64,000 bases of DNA. It comes from Balamuthia mandrillaris. Its lineage: Eukaryota. Below are positions 1 to 12,949 of the stretch, piece after piece. Positions within the stretch are counted from its first letter, which is position 1. Every line of letters starts with the position of its first letter. The translations under genes were made by a program, and so were the position numbers. The stretch is taken from positions 124,001 through 188,000 of the forward strand of contig JAVKOQ020000043.1 in NCBI GenBank assembly GCA_031835245.2, in the 5' to 3' direction. The notes beneath the pieces were generated by a model that did no database searches, was not told the origin of the DNA, and was given only the letters and a program-made list of their open reading frames with translations.

Positions 1-38
1 TCTTCTGTATTCTCATTAATACGCGCTCGTAAGAATAG

Positions 39-148
39 GCTGACTGTGGTGATATCGATTGTCTGATCACTGACTCGTCAGGTGGGCTTCTGGACGGAGT
101 GTTGGAGGCGTTAGTGGCGGAGCTACACCGTATCGGATTCTTAACCGG

Positions 149-183
<35 letters not shown>

Positions 184-714
184 TGTTTTGTAACTTAAAC
201 TGTTATTGCAGATGACCTATCTATGGGGAGGAAAGGAGACGTATACATGGGTTTGTGGATGTTCTTTCCAGTCTCTCTGATACTCAACAGCCATTTACAA
301 CCGTTCTTTACTTCTTTTATCAAAAGGAGTGGCACAGCTTAGAGGGAAGGGTGAGGAAGCAGAAGGGAAACAGGGACTCCATCGGCGTATCGATCTCCGA
401 GTTATTCCACGAGATTGTTGGGGTTGTGCCCTCCTTTACTTTACAGGCTCAGATCACTTCAACAGGTTTGCCAAGCGCTCATCTCAATCTTTCCGTAGTT
501 TCTTTCTTTTCGCTCCGTCTCATCTTTCTTTCCTTTGCAAAGATCGATGAGGCTATGGGCACGGAAGCACGGGTTTTCGTTGAGTGAGAAAGCGCTGGTG
601 CGACGACACACTGAAGATGTGAAAGGAGAGCCCATTCCTGGTTTACATACGGAAAAGGATGTATTCGATGCACTTAGTTTGGAGTACAAAGCACCACATG
701 AACGTGATGTGTAA
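39..714 (+). CDS. DNA polymerase X family (Pol lambda/beta-like), 3' part; 5' end outside the window
   Basis: Spliced exons give [11 protein letters not shown] (PolX GDxD motif), [35 protein letters not shown] and [25 protein letters not shown] introns at about 149-212, 251-326 and 466-542. Confidence 0.9.
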
Positions 715-751
715 AGAATAGTTGGTTTTGGTTTTGTTTTAATTGTAAAGT

Positions 752-2013
752 TCAAGTGGAGGAAGAAGACGAAGAAGACGAGGAAGAAGGGCTTCCTTTG
801 CTGTTGTTAAAGGAGAAAGCTTGTTTGCCAGGTTTTGGATCGCTCACGTGTGGATTGCCTTTGATGGAGAAGCGAAGCGGTTTTGTCGCCCATTCTTCCG
901 CATAGTCAATGTTGATGCGAGGCGAAGCTACTATATTTTTCTCCGGTACTGGAGGTCCTTCTTCCAAAAATAAATCCTTTTTGTAGTTTTGTTTGAGAAG
1001 AAACGGAAGAAGGGAGAATGAGAAGAGGACAAACCTCATGAGTAGGAAGATCAACACCGTCGTAAGCAAGGTCCAGAAGCATAGCTTGACAAATCTTTCC
1101 AGGCCCACTGCAAAGATTGGTATCTTTCATAGGGGTACCTGCTTTGGCGCCGTTGGCGCTCTGCCTGTGTTTTCGCATCCATGTCAACCCTTCCATGGGC
1201 TCCAATGCCCGAACAAGAGTGGCAGCTCCCTCTCCCTCCGATGAGATGTTGAAGCAATGATGAATCCTGTAAATCCTGTTGTTCAATAGGATCGGTTAAC
1301 TATCTAAAAAAGAGAATATAGAGAAAGAAAACAAGAAAAGAGAAAGAGAAAGAGAAAGAGAAAGAGAAAGAGAAAGAGAAAGAGAAAGGGAAGAAAGAAC
1401 TGAAAACACAAATACGAAAAAGAACGGCATACCGATAGATGTAGGCAGTGCCAGGTGGCATGAACATGCTCTTATTCTTCTTCGTCACTTTGCCACCGTA
1501 GGAATGGGCTCCTTTGTCGTCCCCTCCGCAGTAGGCCTCCACCTCCACGATCCTCCCTGCCAACCGTCTCACCACGCCATCGATGGTGACCCTGCGGACG
1601 AGGATCTGCCCCAGCAGCGCCTTGGAGAGAGCGACGATGTCCCTCTCGTAGAAGCTTTTGTCCAGCCGGTTCCTTTGTTGCGGGTTGGCAGAGAACAAAC
1701 GAAGGAAGGAACGAGCGGCTGGAGAAGAAGAACCCGTTAAAGTGGTGTCTTCGGCTTTTGGCTTTTTGTGGGGAGAAGGTTGAATGGCGAGAGTGTTTGT
1801 GGTTTCTCCTTCTCCTTCTGCTTCCTCTTTCTCTTTCTCTTTTGCTTCAGCCTTTTCTGTCTCGTGTGCGTCTTCTTGTTTTGCTTTCTCTGGTGTGCTG
1901 TGTGCTTCTTGTTCTGGCGTTTTTCGTTTTGCGCCCACTTCCGTCTTCCGTTGCGGTGATGGCGAGGTATCTTCCTTCTTCGAAAGCATCCATCCAGACA
2001 GCGTTGTTTGCAT
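752..2013 (-). CDS. MPG: 3-methyladenine DNA glycosylase (AAG/MPG family), 3 exons
   Basis: Motifs ALLGQILV, GRIVEVEAY, AHSYGG, MFMPPGTAYIY, CFNISSEGEGAATLVRALEP, LCSGPGKICQA and SPRINIDYAEEWATKPLRF. Basic/acidic low-complexity N-terminus. Confidence 0.95.
1337..1388. repeat. (AAAGAG)n microsatellite in MPG intron
   Basis: Seen directly. Confidence 0.95.
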
Positions 2014-2184
2014 TCTCTCTGTCACTTCTTCGTTACGAAAGAAGTTTAAACAAAACTTTTAGAGGAAAAATTTCGTATTTCTGCGGACACACAAAATAAA
2101 TATTTGTAGACATTGTTATTTTTCAAAAAAAAGAAAAAGGGGATGAGCGGGAGTCGAACCGTCGTCGAAGTTTTTTTCTTTTTT

Positions 2185-4499
2185 TCAGTCGTGATGTTCT
2201 CTTCTTCTGGTGGCGGAGGAAGAGGAGGGAGTGGAAGAAGGGTGGTGATGAATGACGAGCGCGCAAAGGATGGCCATGTTGCTAAGGAAGAAGAGCAAGC
2301 CGCTGATCCAAAGCTCGTAAAATGTGTTCCGCCCCAAAAACTCCAATTCAAAAGCTTTGGATAGCCATAAGACCTAAGAGTGGTTTGCATGAAAACCACA
2401 ATTCTTTCATTGAAGAGAAGAAAGAAAGAGGCGGACAAGAAAGAACAGAGCAAAGGAAAAAGAAGAAAGAACAAACCTTAGCAGCGAACCATGCTATACA
2501 TACAACGAGTCCAGTAGGAAGGAAGCGCAACCGAGAGAACGGAAGTACCAATGGCAATAGGCAGAAATACCAAATGAAGTACTTTTAAAACGCATGCAAA
2601 AAGAGAAAAGATTAGAATGCATATGGATATGAGAAGAAAGAAGAGAAACAAAAGCAGAGAAGAGAATGGGAAAGAGGAAGCAAGAAAAAAAACGAAGTAC
2701 CTGCACTGTACAAACTTTGTTGAATGCAACAAAGGTGATAGTCTGGAGGGACAAACAAAAGACCAAGTCCACATCTTTCCGCCATTCCACACGATAGGTG
2801 CTGTTGTTCTTTTCTTTTGGCCAACAAAGACAATAACGAGCAGCAAAGGATACCAAAAGTACCATTTGAGGCACAAATGACAACAGCCCGAATAAATAGC
2901 TTTGTTCCGTTGAAGGAGGAGAAGTGTTGTCGTTGTCGTTCATAGAGAGATACAGTTGATAGAAGAAGACGGAAAAGTTGTGACGGTGATCCTTCCGTAC
3001 GATGTGATAGAGATAGGTTTCGTAGAGGAAAGTATATCCATAGAGAAGATAGCAGATAAAGGTCACAACTAGAAATGTAGATGCACTAACTCCTACTAAC
3101 GTTATAGTCCGCCGATTCAAAAAGCAATACAAGACAGAAGAAGCAGAAGAAGCAGAAGAAGAAGAAGAAGAAGAAGAAGAAGAAGAAGAAGAAGCAGAAG
3201 AAGCAGAAGAAGCAGAAGAAGCAGAAGAAGCAGAAGAAGCAGAAGAAGAACAAGAAGAAGAATGGGAGGACATAGAAGCGTTTCTCTCTTTCTTTTGTGA
3301 AGAAGTATCGAAAGAAAGACAGTAGAAGAATAAAGGAACGGAGTAGATGATAGGATAGAGCTTAAAGTGAACAGCAAGGCCGTAGATGAGAGCAGCCATC
3401 GCCAACCTCCTCGTGAACAACAAGTAGAGAACGGCCAACACCATTACTCCCAACAACGACTCAGCGTTGCCTCTCGTAGACACGATGATGGCGAACGGAT
3501 TGAAGAGCCACGTGCTCGTCCAGAAGAGCCTCCACGCTTCCTTCTGTACTTCTTCTTCCTCTCCTTCTCGTTGTTCTTCCTTCCATTGTTTTGAGACAGA
3601 AGAGCAATGATGATGAGGAAAGAAGAAACGGCAAAGTAACTTCATTCCAATGGCTGAGATGGAGAAGCGCGAAGGTGGAGAGGAAGAAGAAGAAGAGATG
3701 GAGGAGAAAGAAGGCAAGGACAGGATGGAATAGATGAGGTAGCCAATGGCGATGTCGCCGAGAGCAAAGAGCGCTTTACCGAACGGCTTTGTTAGCCATA
3801 CGTTTGGCGTTAGCATAGCCGCCCTGTTCGCAGTGTGAGAGAGCAAAAGAGCAAAGAGCAAAGAGCAAAGAGAAAGAGAAAGAGAAAGAGAAAGAGAAAG
3901 AGAAAGAGAAAGAGAAAGAGAAAGAGAAAGAGAAACGACGAAAGAGAAACGACGAAAGAGAAACGACGAAAGAGAAACGACGAAAGAGAAACGACGAAAG
4001 AGAAACGACGAAAGAGAAAGAGAAAGAGGAGAAAAAGAGAGAAGAGAAGAGAAGAAAGAAGAAAGAAGGATCAGAGAGCGGAGAGAAAGAAAGAAGGAGC
4101 AGAGATGTGAGAGAGTGATGAGAGATGAGAGACAGAGAGAGACAGAGAAAGGAAAAGAGAGAAGAAATCAGTACAGCAAAGGAGTGTAACGATATGTGCT
4201 TCGAAGGTAAGGCGACTGTCCCTCGCTGACAAAACGAGCTCCATCCGTGAATACTTCATAGTCTATGTCCGTGTACTTCACCACCACTACAGATTTTAAA
4301 AAAAAGGGTTACAAAATGTCTCAAACACAAAAAAAAAACATTTTAATCTTTTGTTGGAGGATTTTTGATTTCTCCAAAGCAAAACGTAACTGGTTCTGTC
4401 CTGCCACTCAGCATAACCTATCAACGCCACCCGCACCAATAGCGCTATCCCAAACACCCACTTCCAGCCCCTCCCTCTCCCTGTCGTGTTGCTCTCCAT
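2185..4499 (-). CDS. PIGM: GPI mannosyltransferase 1 (PIG-M/Gpi14), multi-exon
   Basis: Motifs [92 protein letters not shown], and a last exon with [12 protein letters not shown]. Confidence 0.93.
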
Positions 4500-4653
4500 C
4501 TTCCTTCCTCCCAAGCGTTTCTCGCTCTTCTTCATTTTTTTCACTTTTTCTTTTTTTTTACTTTAAAATTTTTAAATAAAAATTTATTTTACTTTAAAAT
4601 TTTTGAACCAAAATTCAATTTTTCTTTTGCAAAGAATGAACAGCGGTTTTTAA

Positions 4654-6277
4654 TCATTCCAAAAGGTCTTCTTGAATGGCAGTGAACTCGGCCAACAGGT
4701 CACCCAACGAGATGACTCCAATCGGCCGTCTCTCCTCATCCCAAACCCACAGCCGGTGAGCCCCTTTGGAGAACTGCAACAGGGAGAGGACCACCGCCAA
4801 CGTGCTCTCCTTCTTCACGGCCAGCGGGAAGGGCAGCCCAGAGGCGTCCTCCCGTATGTTGGAGTGAAGGTCGTGCAGCCGGTAAAGCTCCTTCTCGGAG
4901 AAGAGGGGCACGCGGGCGCGAATGGAGATGAAGGTCTTTATGGGCATGTAGAGGCGCAGAAGGAACTGTTCGGGTACCGTAACCACCAGTTTGAGGTCGC
5001 TGGCGCTTAAGTTGCCCATTAGTCTACCTGTTTGTTTCGAAAAAGTGCGAAGGAAGAAGAAAGATGGAGAAAACGCGGTGAACAATGAAGAACGTGCAAG
5101 TGAAGAGAGGGATAGGAGAATGAAGATTCAAGACCTTCAGCGTCGACGACAGCAACGGCTGAGACGCCCTTTTCATTGAGAAGGGCGAATGCGTCGGCTA
5201 CAGTCTTCTCTTGGGATATGCTGACCACTTCTTTGAGAACTCTGCTGGCAACCTTCCAGTCTTTCACTTGACTTTGAAGGGCTATTTGAAAAAAATCATT
5301 AAATCGAATGAACAACTTCACTGCGCTTTTAGGAGGGAGAGAGCGAGAGAGAAGAGCAGACCTCGTTTGGGAAACCCGAGTTTATGGCTGTTCGCGTCAA
5401 GCCACTGAACTACTCTGCTTTGAGTAACAAGAGCCAACACCTTGTTTTCATTTACTTATTGAATAACAAAGACGGGTAAATAAAACCATTTGAAAAAGAA
5501 AGAAAGGAAAAGGAGAAACGAAGAAAAAAAACACAGAAAGAAAGAGAAAGAGACAAAGAGATATAACTGCATGCAAAACAGAAGAGAAGAGATAATACGA
5601 ACAAGGGTCCACGATGGGCACACGGTGAATGTTTGACTTGCTCAAAATGTCCAACAGGATCAACATAGGAGCGTCGCTGTGCACCGGCCTCCATTTGTTC
5701 CTTCCAGAAATGTCGATCAGGAACTCCACCTTGCAGCTCATGAACTCCTCTGCCTGGCGCAGCTTGTCCCAGGTTTGAACCTCCAGTTGCTTGCATTTGA
5801 GCATACAATAGCCAACCAAGTCTAACATGTCCACTGTTCCTATGAAACTTTTTCAAACAAAAAAAAGATTAGAAGGAGTTTAAAAGAAGAAGAAAGACAG
5901 AAAGAAGAAAGACAGCAACAAGATGAGGAGGAAGAGGAGGAAGAGGAGCGGCAGAGAAGCAGAGAAGCAGAGAAGAAGACAACTGAATGAATTCGTACCA
6001 ATTGGCTTCTTTGTCGAAAACGGGAGCGGAAGAGATCTTTCTGTGGATAAAGGTGCGTAAGACGCTCTCCACGGTGTCCTCCCTATCCACGAACACGATG
6101 TCCATGTGCCCATGCGGACCCAGCCAATTCTCAGAGTGTAACAGGTCCTTTACCTGTTGCATGAATTATTCGTTAAATGTGTTGTGAAAACAGAAGATGA
6201 AGGAAGCAAACCTTGACATTGGACATGACCTCGTTCCAAGTCAAGTGCTCTGGCGGATGCACCATTGGTTCTGCCAT
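4654..6277 (-). CDS. Four-CBS-domain protein (AMPK-gamma/Sds23-like)
   Basis: Repeated CBS motifs ISSAPVFD, FIGTVDMLDL, IHRVPIVD, VSAVAVVD...GNLSASDLK and AHRLWVWD...GVISLGDLL across several exons. Confidence 0.85.
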
Positions 6278-6497
6278 TCTGTCTCGGCTTGGCTTTTGCT
6301 GGTAACCAGTTCAGACTAAGGCGGCGCAAAGATCATAAGATCTAAAGAGTGGCCCCGCCTTAGTTCAGACCTGTATATATTTTTGTGTGGTGTTTATTTT
6401 TTTGTTGAGTCGACGGAAAATGTTTGGCAGAAACTCGAACGACAAGACGGTGAAAGTAGAACGAAATTCTAGGTAGAATTCGTAATGTCGACATTAA

Positions 6498-8405
6498 TTA
6501 TGAGGATGACGTGTGATAGGTCGACAAAAAAGAGGCGAGGAAAGGGAAGAGAGCTGCAGGTTGGCGTGGAGGATGGGCGGACACTTGCAGCCAGACGGAG
6601 AGTTGGGTTTGCATGTCGTGTGCGGCGAGATGGCGTGCCCGTAGGCCTCTTTCCTCGCAGGCTTCCACAAGCTCTTCCGTGGTAAGCGATGTGAGTCCTC
6701 CTTCTTCTGCCAGGATTCTTGCATCGTCTTCTCTGAGATTTTCTAGGAAAGCTCTTTTTTTTTTTTTGTTGAAACAACAAATGTTAAGCGTTACGCAAGA
6801 AAGAGATGATACAACAGAAAGGGAGGTGTACATGAATTTTTGTCTCTTGGTAGCATCGGACGTGATGAATGGAATGACCCAAATGTCAAAGTAGCTCAAC
6901 AACGCATCCAATTCCTCCTTCGTAAAGCCTTCCAAGGGGAGTTTCTGCTCAACTAATGGAAAAAGAGAAACTAGCATCGAGCAGCATTGTCCATTATTTT
7001 CCTCTTCTGTTTGATCCGGTTTGTGTGATAATAATGCCTCTTTCTTGCATCATACAAAGAGTTAACAAACATCTGAGATGCAACAACAATCCAACAAACA
7101 AACAAAAAAAAGACGATACCTTTTCTGTTGTGCATCGCTCAAAAGCATCTATGATGCCGGTGGCCTCTTCCTTCGAACTCAGCTTGTTGGCCAAAGAGTC
7201 AACGAGGAAAAAGCGCTGAGCGAGCTGCAACCGCCGTTCCAGCTGTTTCTGCTGATAGTCCTCCTTGTGGCTGCTGTGAAGATAGGTTGAGGGAAGGATG
7301 CGAGGAAAGAAGCCGATGATGAAGGGCAGGTAGTAGGCAGAGAAAGGGGCGAGCAAGAGGAGAAGAAATGGGATGGCCGTCTTCACGTCCTTTTTGGTAC
7401 GCGAGACCAGCTTGTGGTCTCTTCGAGAGATCGGTTGACCTATCAATGGTCGCACAAGTTAAGAAGGGAGAAAGCAAAAAGGAGATAGAAGAAGACAAGA
7501 AGAAGAGAGGAGAAAGCATAAAACAAGAAACAAGGGCACGGGCAGTACCATCACGTTGCATTTGCACTAGTCGGCGAGACAGAGTAATGTTATTGTAGAG
7601 CAGCTTCGTTCCGTTCCAATAGTGAGTGAGGACCTGCCCCACCACCACCTTGGCCCTCGTGAAATAATACACAACCGCAGAGTCGTATTGCTTGGCATCG
7701 AGCTCCGGCATACGTTCCACCTCCGACGAGGTGGACCCCTGCCCTTGTTTTGTTTGTGCTGTGTTCTCTTCTTCATGTTCTTCCGCTTCTTTCTTTCTCT
7801 CCGATTGCTCTTGTTTTCTGGCAGAGGTGGCAGCACCCCTTCGGCGCTTGGCCTTGAGTTTGAGAGGTGCAGGAGGGACGGGAGGTCTTGGGGCACTGCG
7901 TGGGCGTACTGGTGGCTTGGAGAGCCGCTCTTCTCTTTGTGGTTGTGGCTCGTCTTGACTTGATGATGTAGTACTACAAAAAAGCCTATTGGCATGGTTG
8001 TGATGGTGAGAGAGACAGAGAGAGAGAGTGAGAGAGTGAGAGAGTGAGAGAGAGGGAGAGGGAGGGAGAGAGAGGGAGAGGGAGAGGGAGAGGGAGAGGG
8101 AGAGGGAGAGAGGGAGGAGGGAGAGGGAGAGGGAGAGGGAGAGGGAGAGGAGAGGGAGAGGGAGAGGGAGAGGGAGAGGGAGAGGGAGAGGGAAAGAGAG
8201 CAACAGACCTGCTTTGGGGAGAGAACAGAAAAAGGCTGTTTGTGGTGGAGCCAGCGAGCTGCGGGGAGAAGAAGAGCGGACCTGGCCCTGTGCTGCTGCT
8301 GCTGCCCCAAGCGAAAGACGGGGACCACCCCAAGGAAGCCAGCTGCTTATGCCGGGGCCGGCCATGCAACAGAAGAGCGGCACGGCCTCCACTACAGCCC
8401 CTCAT
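6498..8405 (-). CDS. LETM1/Mdm38-family (LETMD1-like) mitochondrial inner-membrane protein
   Basis: Motifs HYWNGTKLLYNNI, RTKKDVKTAIPF...PRILPSTY, LREDDARILAEEGG and EELVEACEERGL...QLSVWLQ. N-terminus is basic and presequence-like. Confidence 0.85.
8040..8192. repeat. (GAGAGG)n microsatellite in LETM1-like intron 1
   Basis: Seen directly. Confidence 0.95.
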
Positions 8406-8689
8406 CGTTCCAGTTTTACTCGAAGATGAGAGATTCTCGTGTCGTCGTGGGCCAAGGAGGCACACAAAACAGCAGAGAGAGAAGAAGACAAGAAGAAGAG
8501 AAGGCCACCATTCTCTTTCTGTTGCAGGTTTATGTTCTTTTTCTTTTTCTTTTTTTTCCCCCTCAGCCGTTGCTAAGAAAGAAGGCAGAGCCAAAAGGTA
8601 CCTCTCGTAAGTTGGTTATTGTTGAAACATAAAACGATTTTAATTTTTTTTAAAAGTTTAACACAAGAGGTTGGTTGCATGTTTCTTTT

Positions 8690-10573
8690 CTACAACAAGA
8701 GAGTGGGTTGGAGTCTGTCTTGGGCAGAGTCACCATCGCCGCCATCAGTGGTGCCGTCACCGTCAGTGCCGTCACCGTCTGTGCCATCCGTGGTGCCGTC
8801 ACCGCCATCATCGATGCTGCCTCCAGCGTTGATCAAGTCCTGATGGACCAGCTCGCCGCTCCAGCCGAGAGGAGTGAGGAGAGCGGAACAGTCCTCCCTG
8901 TCAATGCAAGGTTTGAAGGCCTTGCCGGAGTCCTGAGCAGCGTCCGAGGGATAGATCACGCTGGGATAACCGCAAGAGCCTTGCCCAGGACCACCCGAGT
9001 TCTGAGGCCACAGAGCCCAGGCCGTCCAGGAAATGCCATACTCCTCAAAGTAGGCCAACAAGTGCTTGGTGTACGAGCTGCTGCAATCGAATGTGCCAAA
9101 CTCCGTGGCGATCAAGGGACCGTACTCGGCCATGGGGAGGATGTACTCGGAGAGACCGCCGGCCTCAGGGGTGCCACGATCGATGCTCTTGCACTCGGCC
9201 TCGCTCAACTGAGGGCAGCGGTTGCGAGCTCCAGCGCACACACCCAACTCTCCTGTTTCGGGGTGCTTGCCCTCGGGAATCCAGGTGCAGGGAGGAACCT
9301 TCTTGTTCTGAGTGTCAGCATATCCAGGGCTGTTGCAGGTGACGCCAGGGGCGGGGACCGGGGAGCCAGAGGCGGTGGCGCTCTCACGGAAGAGACACCA
9401 AGCGGACTCGTAGGGATCGGTCATGCTGAGATCCTCGTCTTCACCGATCTCACCGCAGCAGGCACCGTGTTGGTAAGGATGGAGAACATAGCCCACGTTG
9501 GGCACGTCCTTCCAGGGCAGGAACTCCTCGGGGTTGGCAATGGGACCGAACTCCGGACCAAAGTCGCAAGCAAAGTCCAAACCGCCGACCAAGATGATGT
9601 TGTCAGCATTGGCCTCATCACGGATGGCGTGGATGATGTCATCGAAGAAGGAGGCCCAGTCGTCCCAGTTGTAGTCGCTCTCCTCCAGGTTGGCTCCGTT
9701 GGCATAACGTTCGTAGGGCTCGTTGAAAAGCTCGAACCAGATGCCCAAGTCATCCTTGTAGTAGTTGGCAATGTCCACCCAGGTCTCCCTGAAGGCGTCC
9801 TGGTTCTTCACAGCACTTTGCATGGTGCAACCATCCGCGTTGGCGATGGGGCACTGCCAGTTGGTCCTGTCGGCCGTGTACCAGTCCGTGCTGGAGCAGG
9901 AGGCGGTGGCACTGCATCCATCCACCAGTCCGTCAATGTCCTCTGACTCGGCCATGGCCCACAGATGGAGATCGATAATGACAATCCTGCCAGCCTTGCG
10001 GGTGAGGTCGACGACCAAGTCGATCCACTCCTTGTAGGTGTAGAGCTCGGTGCCGCCCCACTCCTGCACAGCGTAGTTCTGCATCCAGGCGCTGCCACAG
10101 ATGGGGATACGCACGATGTCCGACTTCCACTCCTCAATGAGGGTGCTGGCAATGTTTTCAACGACGTTCTTGGCATCCTGGGCAGGGTCTCCTCCTTCTC
10201 CAGAGAACTATTCGTCGCGGCACAAACAATAATAAGCCAATTATTTACTTCGAAAAGAACGCAAGCAAAGCGGAGAGAAGTAGGAATGGACGGAGAGCGC
10301 AGAGACGAAGAGGAACAAGGATAAAAAGAACAAAAAAAAAACGAGAAGAAGAGAACGAACCATCCAGTAGCCAGCACCAGCTTTGGTGCCGATGCCTCCA
10401 GTCTCGTGGCCGGTCATGGAAACTCCGCGGAGCATGACGGGCTCGCCATCAGGGTTGACAAAGGCAAAGCGGCCGTTGGACTGCTTGGCGGTGGTCCAGG
10501 CGGCGGCGGGCACAGCCACGCAGCACAGCGCAAGGGCCACCAAGAACAGGCTTGCTGTGCGGTTGCTCCTCAT
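8690..10573 (-). CDS. Secreted glycoside hydrolase family 5 (cellulase-like), copy A, 2 exons
   Basis: Signal peptide MRSNRTASLFLVALALCCVAVPAAA. GH5 motifs DGEPVMLRGVS, VRIPI, VIIDLH, FELFNEP (acid/base Glu), HPY, ATEFG (nucleophile Glu) and ISWTAWA. Intron at about 10207-10359. Confidence 0.88.
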
Positions 10574-10660
10574 TTGTTCTGTTGTTGTTTGTTTGTGTGA
10601 TGTCGGTTGCTTTGTCGTAAGAATAAAAAAGAAGAAAAGAAAGAGGAGAGCCGCTTGACA

Positions 10661-10670
10661 CTTTAAATAG
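10661..10670 (-). promoter_or_regulatory. TATA-like element (CTATTTAAAG) upstream of GH5 copy A
   Basis: About 90 bp upstream of the ATG. Copy B has GCTATTTAT at a similar distance (about 14546). Confidence 0.4.
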
Positions 10671-11324
10671 AGGTTACCAGCGCACAGTGCAATAAATGAC
10701 GGCCTTTTTGGTTGGTTGTCCGTCTAAATGAAACTGATCGCCATTGGCTTAGGGGGGTGTTACGCGTGTGGTTTGGCGTAATGATGCGAGGCCCAATAAA
10801 TGCCCAATATATATACCTTTATCAGAACTATTAGCACGGATATAGCAAAGTTTGCCCATTTTAGGGTTTTCTAGAGAGAAAGGAACCTCGAGGCAAAGGG
10901 CAAAGAACTGATGCTAGGGGCCACGCACGAGGCAGGTTGTTGTTTCTGGCGAAAAACGCCGCTGTGTCAGACGTGACATATGGGGAATGTCTAACAACAT
11001 GTGTCACTGCTTGAAGGACAGATGAGGAGGAGAGAGGTTGTAGTCTTTTTTTTTTTTTTGGAGTTTTCCGTATGTCGACGAATATTCTTGGCCACCCGCG
11101 TGCAGTTGCAACCTAATAGCGAATATCGCTCCTCAATAGATACTTTTTTATCGATCGGTCACCTAATAGTTGACTTTCTATAAGATATTATACTTATCTC
11201 AACAGCTCAGAGGATAATAGCCTTATTTTTTATTTCCTGGAAAAAATTAAGTAACTAGAAAAAAATAAAAAAGAAAGAAGAGAGATGTTGAAGAAGTGAT
11301 CCAGGTCTCCTCACACACACCCCG

Positions 11325-12333
11325 ATGCTACTGCTGCTAAGAAACTGCTTCAAGCTGCCACGAAACGCCAGCGCTTGCCTCGTGCCGGGCAGTAGAGCGA
11401 CGTGGGGCCGCTTGCCTTGGATGGGGCTGTCACGCAGAAGCGGACCATTGCCCATCGTCCGTACTTTTGTTGCCACCACGGCACCGAGAGGGTCATCGAT
11501 AGGGTCCAGCAAACTGCCACCAGAAGATGTTCCCAAAAAAAGTGAGAGCGAGTGGAAGAAGGTCCTTACTCCTGAGCAGTATCATGTCTGTAGAGAAGGA
11601 GGCACGGAGCGGGCGTTCACTGGAAAGTAAGCAACATTTTTTTCTGATCTACCCCAGAATAGCTTTGTTTCTCACCTACCTATGTGCTTGATCCTTTTGT
11701 CAGGTTTTATGGCCACTCAGAAACAGGCAACTACCTCTGCGTAGCTTGTGGCAACCCTCTTTTCAGGTTTCGTCTCATGTTTTTATTGTTCTTGTTCTTC
11801 TTCTCCTCTTCTTCCTCTTCCTCTTCTCCTCCTTTTTCTTCTTCTCCTTCTCCTTCTCCTCCTACTGCTGCTCCTCCTGCTCCTTCTTCTTCTTAGTCTC
11901 CTGTCTTCTTGTTCTTCCTCTTCTGTGCTGCTGCTGTTCTTCTTCTTGTTCTTCTTCTTGTTCTTCTTCTTCTTCTTCTTCTTCTTCTTCTTTTCTTCTT
12001 CTTCCCCTCCTCCTTGTTCTTGTTCTTGTTCTTCTTCTTTTACTACTTGCGAACTTACTTTTCAATTCTTGCCCAAATAGCTCCACCACAAAGTTTGAGT
12101 CAGGCTCAGGTTGGCCATCCTTCTATAAAGTGAAAGGCAAAGAGGCAGTCAGGGAGATCCCAGACAACAGCTTTGGCATGAGCAGAACGGAGGTTCGGTG
12201 CTCTCGATGCGACTCCCACTTGGGTCACGTCTTTGAGGACACCCCCTTTGTTCCAACCGGCAGGAGATACTGCATCAACTCCGTCGCTCTGGCCTTTCAA
12301 CCTCAAAAAGAAGAGCCAGCAACACAAACATGA
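11325..12333 (+). CDS. MSRB: Methionine-R-sulfoxide reductase B with organellar presequence, 3 exons
   Basis: Motifs [59 protein letters not shown] and RYCINS. The catalytic residue is Cys (TGC), not Sec. Confidence 0.96.
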
Positions 12334-12949
12334 ACAGAAGAAAGCCCAAACAAAATACAATACTAAAAGACACCTGTGGCAATGGCGACCTTTCATTTTT
12401 CTGTTCTTGTTCTCTGGTCTTTTGCTTGCGTTAACGCACCAACTTTTGTGAATGCCCATCAACTCGTCGCTTCCAGTGTTCTCTTCCTTCTTTCCTTGGT
12501 TTGTTTCTCTTTTTGTCTGTGGTCCCGACAAGCAACATGGTGTTTATTTCTCCATTGCTATTAACAGCGAGCTGTACTTTGCCTCCTCTGGCTGCGAGCA
12601 ATACTTACACTAACATCGTGCTGGAACCACTACTCCCCTCCAGCACGGCGATGGCTTTCAGGCATGGCAAGCTGTTTCCTTTGGTGCACTTCTCTTGTTC
12701 TTTTTTTTTTTCCTCCGGCCTTTTATTTCATGTACCTCCGCTTCTTCCTATTTCTCTTTGCATGCACAACGAAGACAGTCGCAGCTCCTTCCTTAGAAAC
12801 GTCTTTCTTTTGCGTTCTTCAACAGACCAGGTACTACTGGGTCATCATCAACTCTACTATGGCGGCAGGTGTTTCTTCTCTTCTATCCTTCGTGCCTCAA
12901 CAGAGCTTTCTGTCTGTCTGCAAAATGTTGAAGCTCCGTGAATCGGGTT

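Noticed and set aside
3835..4110. Poly-RK, poly-RE, poly-LS and poly-F ORFs here and at many other sites
   Set aside because: Translations of intronic microsatellites.
8675..9946. 423-aa ORF antisense to GH5 copy A, and its twin at 15259-16560
   Set aside because: A shadow frame produced by C/G-ending codon bias of the real gene. It has no recognisable motifs, and its conservation only mirrors the duplication.
12268..12333. MsrB as a selenoprotein
   Set aside because: The catalytic codon is TGC (RYCINS) and the only TGA is the terminal stop.
12334..12949. Short ORFs between MsrB and Orn
   Set aside because: No domain similarity or consistent exon chain; probably 3' UTRs of the convergent genes.
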